From Balanoglossus misakiensis (Eukaryota; Animalia; Hemichordata): 64,000 nt of DNA. A model generated the notes under the pieces. It worked only from the letters and a program-made list of their open reading frames with translations. It did not search any database and was not told the origin of the DNA. The translations under genes were made by a program, and so were the position numbers. The DNA lies in contig CM082579.2 in assembly GCA_040954595.2 (NCBI GenBank), positions 244,922 through 308,921 of the forward strand, given 5' to 3'. Positions 55,501-64,000 of the stretch are shown piece after piece (the first letter of the stretch is position 1; each line of letters opens with the position of its first letter).

Positions 55501-58236
55501 GTTCATTAAAATGCAGCTTTGAGCTCTGTATTTTAGAAAATTTTCTTACGTGGGAGGGGGACACCCCCTCCCAAACCCACCCCCTTCAATTCTCGGTTTA
55601 CAATGTCTCCCAACACAGAATACAAATATATGTACTTAAAAAATAAAAACAATGTTCAGTTTTAATACCCACTGATGAGGGGAAACATCAGTTTCAAATT
55701 CTTTTCATGGGAGCGCCGTTTTTCTTTTTACAAGATAGATAGGTGATGTGTTTTGCTCTGTGAAAGAAAATGGGGGGGGGGATTTCAAAATTTTGGCAGT
55801 TCGGAAGGGGGGGATTTGAAAATATTGGCAGTTCAGAAGGGGGGCATGTGAAAATTAGCGGTAAAAAAAATTGAATTCTCCCGCCCCCCCCTCCAGAGGT
55901 GTTTGTGAATGCAGCCTTATTGACCCATGGACAATGGTGATCCATCTTCAATACACACCTGTCAATCAAAGAAAGGTAATGTTAGACAATAGATTTTGAG
56001 ATTTTCAAATAGATCCATAAAACTTCCAGCTAGAGTCACAGGAGAGTTGGCTAAAAGCTTAGAAGATAGGTGTATTACTATTTATTCACAGAATATCAGT
56101 ACAGTTTACACATACTGTTGTCATACAAATTTCACTTATACTATGACATCTTTCCATTCACTATGCACATGCACACCAAAGAACATTACCAAAGTTTGCA
56201 ATGATGGAAATGATAAAGATGACAAGACTTACGCTTCACAGACTGAGCAATGATGACATCTGTCTGGTTTGACGGCTTTACAAATATCACAGTATCTTAT
56301 GCCTGTACAGAGATTAAGAAATGCATTTCAAACATCATTCCCACTTGAGCAGAATAAAGAAATCACAATTTGTTACACTAAAATTTGACTGGTTGAAAGA
56401 AAACGGCCATCAAGGATAATTAGTTCTCATATGGAGGCCCAATGAAATTGAAAACAAAATTAAATTGTTGTGTATACTGCTAGGTAACAATGGTACTTAC
56501 CCCCTGCTAATGTCCGCGTACTCACTGGTAAGTTCTTAGCTATTTGTTTTAGTATTTGGTCCTGCCTATCACCACGCTCTTCATTTTCTAAGGCTTCCAA
56601 ACTTCCACTTGATAAATAAAACTAAAATAAGACAGACACAGCACAATAAGACATAATCTCAGGTGATGTTTTGGTGTTCAATCTGATGAGGGTGGTTTTA
56701 CCAAAATGGGTCCAACTTCACCATAGAAAACAACAAGATTGGAGCACACAATCGTTCATGAACCATAATATCTTTGACAGGGTCACTTGTTCACTCACCT
56801 CTTTTGGAATTCTACCAATGGGTGTAAATATTGCCTTGACATAAGACCACGCAAACATAAACAAGAAAATGTGATAAAAAATACCATACAAAACTGTAGG
56901 GAAAACAGAAGAGAAATGAAAAATTAGTATTGAGTACCCAACAGCAATCAGAGCAAAGAGAAAAGTCAAAAACACCAATTTATTTTAATGTTTTGAATGT
57001 GAGACATAAAGTGTCATCAGCCTGATCAGATCTTTTCAAAAGGTTAATATTTTAATGGAAAATATAGAGTACAAATCCAATGTTTAAGACTATCAATGAT
57101 AGACACTCAGTATATCCTAAAATCCAAGAGGCAATTTATGAACAAATGACCAATGCTATTATTAATTTACAGCAGTTGGGTAACAAACCAGTAAAGTGAA
57201 TGATCACTTATTTTACAATATTGCTGAACGACCCATTAGGCTTACATACATTTTATACCAGTAAGAGTGTGAAGCTCCCCAAAATACCTTTTTAATTTCA
57301 TTTAATCTCTTTACATGAATTTCATATTATTACATGCTAATTACTTCTCAACAATATACATAGTATAGGATAAATATGTACGAATATTTATGGTTGATAT
57401 AATAATGAATTGTGTACTTACTTTTTTCTAGGAGACTGTCAATTGTTACTGTAAATAAAAAAAAATTAAAACAAAACTTGTTAGTATTCACTTATGTTAC
57501 ATTGGCCTTGGGTCACAATTTCTACACTTATCAAAACAACACTTGCCAAAAGACTACATCATTTGGAGTTACACTCATGTTTTTTATTTTATTTGCAAGC
57601 ATCATCTTCATCTTGTTCAACCCCATGGGATGGGAGTGGCATGAACTTGGAGAAGGTTTATAGAAAAACATTATAGCATTCGTTTAGTATCACACTCATT
57701 CCAAGACTTCATTATGATACTCTTGGGATTATTTTCCACATGTATTTGATGACACCGGTATTCATCTCACCCGCATGGTCTATTACGCACCCAGTTGTTG
57801 GTGACCTTGTTCTAAGTAAGACTAAACACCGCGGCAGTGTAGTACCGGTACCAAACAAAGTATGAGTGAAAGGAGTAGGGTAACATACACTCTAATCATG
57901 AAGATACCGCAGCTCTAATAGAAAACCAGGGCTGATAACTAAAGTATGCCATCAAATTCCGTCGTTATCTTGAGAGTTTTGGCGGAGTCTGAGTCTACAT
58001 ATATAAACACTTCCGTGTGTTTAATTTCTGAATGATCCGAGTGTATCGGACAAGCTTCGAACCAACAACGCCCGATACGCATTGAAACGGGACATGTCGG
58101 TAAAAATCAGGAAACCATACTTACAGATACATAGTTGAATAATGTACGCGTAATACGACCAAGCCACTATTGCGGTTATAAAAAGAACTGGGACCCACTG
58201 GAAGACCCTCGCACAGCTTCGCAGAATCCCAGCCAT
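52579..58236 (-). CDS. DHHC palmitoyltransferase of the ZDHHC2/15/20 subfamily; catalytic exon interrupted by a MITE in this haplotype
   Basis: Exons 58236-58125 ([18 protein letters not shown]), 57448-57422, 56893-56799, 56621-56501, 56302-56233 ([21 protein letters not shown]), 55958-55917 + 55112-55001 ([28 protein letters not shown]), 54650-54518 (NKTTLE), 54312-54183 (FSLG..NIREVFG..WWLP), 53130-52982, 52715-52579. Confidence 0.93.
53549..53735 (-). CDS. Putative alternative terminal exon of the ZDHHC gene (duplicate of exon 53130-52982)
   Basis: The ttttcag acceptor is phase-compatible with the 54183 donor. Translation [28 protein letters not shown]...LYI* aligns with [26 protein letters not shown]. 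Confidence 0.55.
54869..54963 (+). repeat. (CACAA)n pentanucleotide microsatellite, ~19 copies, intronic
   Basis: Read directly from the sequence. It produces the spurious CCVVL/HNTTQ repeat ORFs. Confidence 0.97.
55116..55916. mobile_element. 801-bp MITE, PIF/Harbinger (Tourist)-like
   Basis: Perfect 43-bp TIRs GGCTGCATTCACAAACACCTCTGGAGGGGGGGGCGGGAGAATT (55116-55158 and 55874-55916). TTA target-site duplication at 55113-55115 and 55917-55919. Sub-terminal GGGGGGGATTTGAAA repeats, and an internal ~80-bp direct repeat containing GGGAGGGGG-ACA-CCCCCTCCC. No transposase. Confidence 0.95.
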
Positions 58237-59045
58237 TTTGCTTCTCAATAATTTTTTTCCGCAAACTTTCGTCGATTTCCTATACGTCATCAGAATTTGT
58301 GGTGTTATGACGCCCCCAGCGGAGAGAAAAAAGAAACAATAGAAATTAACCGTAATGTTGCACAAAATTACATTATTCACAATAAATTTAAACGAGAGAG
58401 CAATAAGAATATTTTAATTTACATACTCTGCAATTTTGCGTTATTGTAGCTGTAAAAACAGTGCAAGGAGTCACCTAGATGTGACGTCATATCTTTTGAT
58501 ACTTCTACAACCTCGTTTCTCGGCATGTGGGATTTAATGCCAGGAGAAAAACTCTCACATTATAATTGCACACAATAGAAAATAAATACAATATTTCATT
58601 TTAATTATAAAAAAGTAAATGACAAATTATTTGTAAGTCTTGTTTGTTCTCAAATTCAACACAGCACGACTGTTACTTTGCGCATTAAATTACCTCCCGT
58701 GCTCGAGGTCAATGAAAATCGAGCAATTTGATTGGTTCCCTTTGTAATTGTAGTTCCCAGCAACCTGCCTCCATCAAAACAAATGTGTCTCCAGACATGG
58801 CCGAAGCTGGGTGACTTTGCTAACTTAATGACACTTTAGGCGGGTCTCGTTTCGCCACAACCCTGCAAGTAGCAGAAATTTTAAAGCAGATACCCAAGAT
58901 CGCGGAGACAGTCCGCAAGAAGCGAAATATACTGACGATCGATCCCGATCGACGTCTTCTTGGTTACGTCCGCTGTACAGCGGTTTTGGCGTGTTGTCGG
59001 TTTCCTAGGTGACGGCGTCATCTGCTCGAAAACCCAGACTTAACT
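58237..59045. promoter_or_regulatory. Compact bidirectional promoter region between ZDHHC (-) and VWA3B (+)
   Basis: Start codons are ~810 bp apart head-to-head, with locally higher CpG. Motifs: CRE palindrome TGACGTCA (58482-58489), reverse CCAAT (~58731), X-box-like GTTCCCAGCAAC (~58753) and GTTTCCTAGGTGAC (~59000). Confidence 0.6.
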
Positions 59046-62000
59046 ATGTATGAAATTGATACGGCGCGGGTCCGATCGCCTTTAGATGGTGAGTAAGACT
59101 AAAATTCTCACTATTGTGTTTCAGATCTCTCGAAATATAAGACAAACCATATATGGACCCACATTTCCTCCCCGGCCTTTTCCATGTCTTTCAATACATT
59201 CACACCTATTGATTGGTACCGTTATCTTCCGGCTGAATTTCGATCATGTACTCACTGAAAAGCATCTTATTGAAGGTAGTAACTTGAGAAATGTGTGCTC
59301 TCATCTGTTTTCACGAATGTAATTTGACCTGAATATTGTATTGCATTATACTGAATTCATGGTGGATATTATTTTCACTTCATAATGTCACGTTACATAT
59401 ACATCTTTAGAAAATGAATATTTACATAAGAATCACTCAAAGTCAGTTTTGTTTGTTTTGTAATATCTGCATACACAAGAAGTCACGACCCACATGACTC
59501 AGTGTGCCACAGATTTACTGAGAAACTTATGATGCTAGTATTTTTGTATAATAAAAAAACATCTTTTTATGAAGGCTAACATCTACCAATTTGATAACAA
59601 TGGTTTGGTATTATAATTTTATGTGTTCAATTTTATGATATATTTATCAAGAAGAATTTAATATACCTGTTCTATAAAAAATGTGTTAAAGAATGAACCA
59701 AGCTTTGGTTTTTACAAGAGTCTATAAATTACATCCTTTGATATATGTGGTAGCAAATCGGTTAATTTTAACTTCATGTCTGTCAATTTTCAACACAGAT
59801 CCTAAATGGGACTTGAGATCTCCTAGAAATGGAGGTTATTCTGACAGAGCCAAAGAAGTTAACTTAGAAGACCTGCAATCAGTGATCAAACTGAAGCCAC
59901 CGCCAAAGAAAACATGGGAACCAGATGTCAAGGCAATGATTTCAACCAAGAAGTGGTTGAGTACACATGGGCTGAAGCGCAATAGATTGTCTTTGGAACA
60001 GATTCTGCCTGCAATAGGATTTAAGCATTCAGATGGTAAGTTAACAATGTAGAGTGAATTGGAATGCTGTAAGTGTAATACATGTACCTGAATACAACAG
60101 GCTGCTGCGAATCCCGAGCTTACGGTAGATCGCCTGTATTACATTTACATTATTGATAATTCCTATTATAATCGTTATATCAATATTTTGTTTACATCAT
60201 CCATAGTGAGAGAGACATTTCCAAACACATCATGAATTTTGCTACATTATAAAAATTTGCAAAATTACCCTTCTATATTATTACATGTATATGACTTCCA
60301 TTTTTTGTTATCAAATTTTAAGTCATATACAACATATAAATAATAAGTTTTGCAACAAAACTGCATATAAAAGCAATGAAATCAGTCATGGATAATGATC
60401 TAGGATCAATCAAAAGATGCAATTCTAATAACCACAGATTATAACCACTTGTCACATATGTGACCATGTTCAATTAGCTTTATTGATAACTAATGAGAAG
60501 GTAATGGGACAGTGACTATAAATTTGGACCTTAATTTAGATACGATATCAGTGGTAGGTATGGCACCTTTATGTTAGTCTAGTATCTAGCCGTAATTTGT
60601 CCGCTTTGCTTCCATACTAGACTACATTTATAATTTATAACATAGTTACCAGAAGTTTTTGTTACCAGAGAGTTCTCTGAGATCTCTAAAATGCTTCAGG
60701 TGCAGTGGATTTAGTAATGTCATCGTATTTCTGTGTTAAGGAGGGCTTTTAGTTCAAGCAACCAGGGCTTTATTGGAAACATGGCAGCCCAGCTGATGAA
60801 CAATGATAAACCCCCATGGTTACCACCATTCAGATCAGTTTACAGCTGTGTTATGCAGGGCTGCTGTGACCCCGCATGACCTATGACCTATTAAAAGTGT
60901 ACTGTCTATGGGGGAATTGAACTGATGGTAATTGTTGGAGTGATGATAGCTCTAAACCACACCCATGATTTTTGCAATCACAAAAGTCTATTGTTACTGT
61001 TGAGGCAGAAAGAACACAATACAGCATGAACTGACCGTGCGACAAACAGAAAGAAATTGAACTGGGTGACTCAGTTATTGTACGGGAATCAGGTTATAAG
61101 AAACATTTAGAATACAACATTCTTTTCATCCACACAATCAGCTTTTGTCACAAAGATTTAGATTTTATCCAATGCGCCCAGTGAGACGAAGAATATGCAA
61201 TCTTGATACCATTTGATATAAGTGTGCATATTGATGATAAATTTGCAACTGAAGGTAGATTTGGAAGATAATGCAGCCATGCTGACTGAGGTCATGTCTC
61301 TCTGTTAATAAGGTCAACATATCCTGTCATGGTGATACAAAACTGTAGTTATACATAGTAACTAAGCAAATAGCAACCAGGCAAATGACAGACATTCCCC
61401 CAAAGGGGACATCACACTTAATGGTGAAAATCATCAATTTTTTTAAGAAAATCAATCATGGAAAGTTGGAATATTAAATTGTAATTGAATTAAATAAAAT
61501 ATAAATATAGATTTACGTAATTTGAAAGGTCACTTTGTATGTAGAATCTTCGTACAAACATTTATTTCAAAATGCACAAAAGTTAACAATTGCACCAAAG
61601 TTGAATACCAGCCAGTTTTTTTTAACATGTCAGCTGAACAACCAAATGTTAATGTTGCTGTACATATCAACAATGTTAAGCATACCCCACATGTAGTTTT
61701 AATCAAGGATTGTAAAATACCATGGATTTAAAATAAGATATTATCTGTGTGTCTCTTTTTAGGATGAGTAAGTTTTAGATTTTCTTATGATGGTTGGCTT
61801 ACATTTTTGTGGGTGGTAACATAACAAATTCAGAAGTAATCAATAATTTCAGGTCACACTGTGACTATTATTGACTGTTGCTTGGCAACAAGTAGAGGTC
61901 AGAGTCTGGTCAGGAAAAGGACCAATTACAAGGCATCATTAAGTGTGAAATTTACAGTTGAAAAATTGAAAGGGCACTAAACATCCTGATTTGGTGCCAA

Positions 62001-64000
62001 TGTTTGCAGATGTGAAATCAGAACAATAAATCGCTTGAATGGGACATTTGTTTTTATTTTCTGAAATGTTAATTTCATAAAATGTATTAACTAGGTGATG
62101 ATTAGAAAAGTGAAATCTTATCATTCTTATATGCCCGTAGTGAGGCCCTACAGTTATTAATTTAAAAAAAAAAGATAAAAACTAAAGATAGAAAAAAAAT
62201 ATGTGTTAGTATTTGATGAACTGCAACTTTAATTTTATTATGATTTGTTTTGCAGATTTTGACAGAGCACTGAAGAAACCCATCTGTTCAAGATATGGTG
62301 AAGGTTTGTTTAGTCGATATCCAAGAAGAGATGGTCGTGTTTACAATGTAAGTGTTCACTTCATATAGTAAAAGAAAGCAGATTTCTTAGGAGAACTAAC
62401 ACAGTTCAGAACAGCAGATAGAGACAAAAGGGACATTTATTTTGCCCTGCTTTCTGTCAACTTCATTTAAATTAAATTGAAGCCTTTCAGATCATTGAAA
62501 AGCTTTCCTTTTTACATGTAATGCAGTTTTGTTCATGTCTCTATTTGCTCTCTCAAGTAAAATTAATTATTAATATCATATACCTCTTGAAAAAGCTATC
62601 GGGGCAAATGTTGTGAACAGCCAGTATATATGTCATTTAGTTTCTTTTTGTTGCCTTTTAACCTTGATTATATTGATCATTGTGTTGAATAAATCACTGA
62701 ATAAAAAAGCAATAGACTGCTTGGAGGGATTCTTTTCCAAGTAGAAAATGAATTCTGTGGATAGAGGCACCTGAAAGCTTTCTTAATAGAGGAAATTGCA
62801 GGGAGTGCAAATCATGTGTTTGATGTTATGCAGTTGCCAGTGGTGATCTTGATAAGGCAACCATGTATGTATCCATGACAACCAACATTTGTTGTGCATG
62901 GGTTTGATTTGCTGCCAGACATGATATCATGTATGACGTTTGGGAAATGTCAAATCGAAAACAATCTTCATTTTATATCAGGAAATATCTGTACTTCTGA
63001 GGTGAATTCTTTGTACTTTGAAATGCATTGTCAGTAAACTGAGGACAAATAGAAATGTGTTATCAAATCTGCTGAAGCAAAGCCATTTACTCAAATTGTT
63101 TGACCACTGTTAGCACACAGTCTCAAGATTGAAGTGAATATTGTTTAAACAGCAGTGTGCTAGGTACATCTTTGCTCATTAAACAAATGTACAGGTTTAC
63201 ATCACATATTGCAGTAGTAGCAATGCTGTTTTGGTTACAATTTAACACTGTTTAAATAACAAAGAAAAATTGAAAAATTTACAGTAGTAGACTATAGATA
63301 AAATGTGCAATATGTTTTATTCCAATTCAAAACACAAGCCAAAAAATGATCAGCACTTGATCTAAATTGAGATATCTGACGCCGTCTTGATTATGTGATG
63401 TAAAGAGTCGACCCTATTTGTTACATGTCATCTTTTATTCACTGTACCTACCGTACATGTACACACTCTGAATAAGTGAATAGAATTCCATTATTCCCAC
63501 ATGACTTTCCATGATTGCCTTCCTTGTGAATAACTGTTTCATACAGATAATTAGATAACAACCAATAGTAGCCATGGCAACAGAAAGAGGTCACAGTTCA
63601 CATCTGTGTTTTTTTCCCCTTGCAGATTACAGTCAGCAGAGAGCGTCTGAAGCAGATTGAGAACAGCCTCTTGCAAGCCATAGTGTTGTACAAAAGAAGA
63701 CTTGAATGGCTTACAACTGAGAGTCGACGACTCTTTGGTGTTATTGAAGAACACTGTGTTACCATAGTGATTGACATCAAAACAAATAACCCCACCATGT
63801 TTGATCACTGCAGGAATGCTCTTACCAGAGTAATTGAGGAACAGGTCTCACAAATTGCAAAGTTTAACCTCATCAGGTATGCCACAACCCCTCTTTTTCA
63901 AATGGACAGTGCCAATAAAATAATGAAAAACAATTAAATTTAATTGAAATTTATTAAAGACAATTTTCTCTCCCCTCTGTCCCCTCATACCTTGTAGAGC
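59046..64000 (+). CDS. VWA3B: von Willebrand factor A domain-containing protein 3B-like, 3'-partial
   Basis: Exons 59046-59088 (MYEIDTARVRSPLD), 59799-60035 (ISTKKWLSTHGLKRNRLSLEQILPAIGF), 62256-62347 (SRYGEGLF..DGRVYN), 63626-63876 (YKRRLEWLTTESRRLFGVIEEHCVTIVID..EQVSQIAKFNLIR), next acceptor at 63997. Phases are compatible and motifs match the N-terminus of vertebrate VWA3B as I recall it. Exon 1 is the least certain. Confidence 0.88.

Overview
Eukaryotic (metazoan, probably a marine invertebrate; several intron positions resemble vertebrate ones) genomic DNA. Exon structures were reconstructed by hand from GT-AG boundaries and translation. Bases 1-~16,790 are ~192 near-identical copies of an 87-bp satellite, and all the long ORFs there are repeat artefacts. 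The array ends in an inverted copy of part of its own unit, 64 bp before a splice acceptor of an aspartylglucosaminidase (AGA)-like gene whose first exon is not in the window, so the array probably lies in intron 1. Downstream are: AGA-like (+, with an unusual hydrophobic, GPI-signal-like C-terminus), a DUF4728/LAPTM-like four-TM gene (-), an intronless 412-aa orphan ORF (+), ~10 kb without recognisable genes, a complete ~2-kb Helentron-type non-autonomous element, ETFDH (-, 13 exons), a ZDHHC2/15/20-type palmitoyltransferase (-) and the 5' part of VWA3B (+). The most notable points are: an 801-bp PIF/Harbinger-like MITE with perfect 43-bp TIRs inserted in the DHHC catalytic exon, with splice sites that could remove it in frame; the hairpin-capped intronic satellite; the AGA tail; and duplicated alternative C-terminal exons in the ZDHHC gene.
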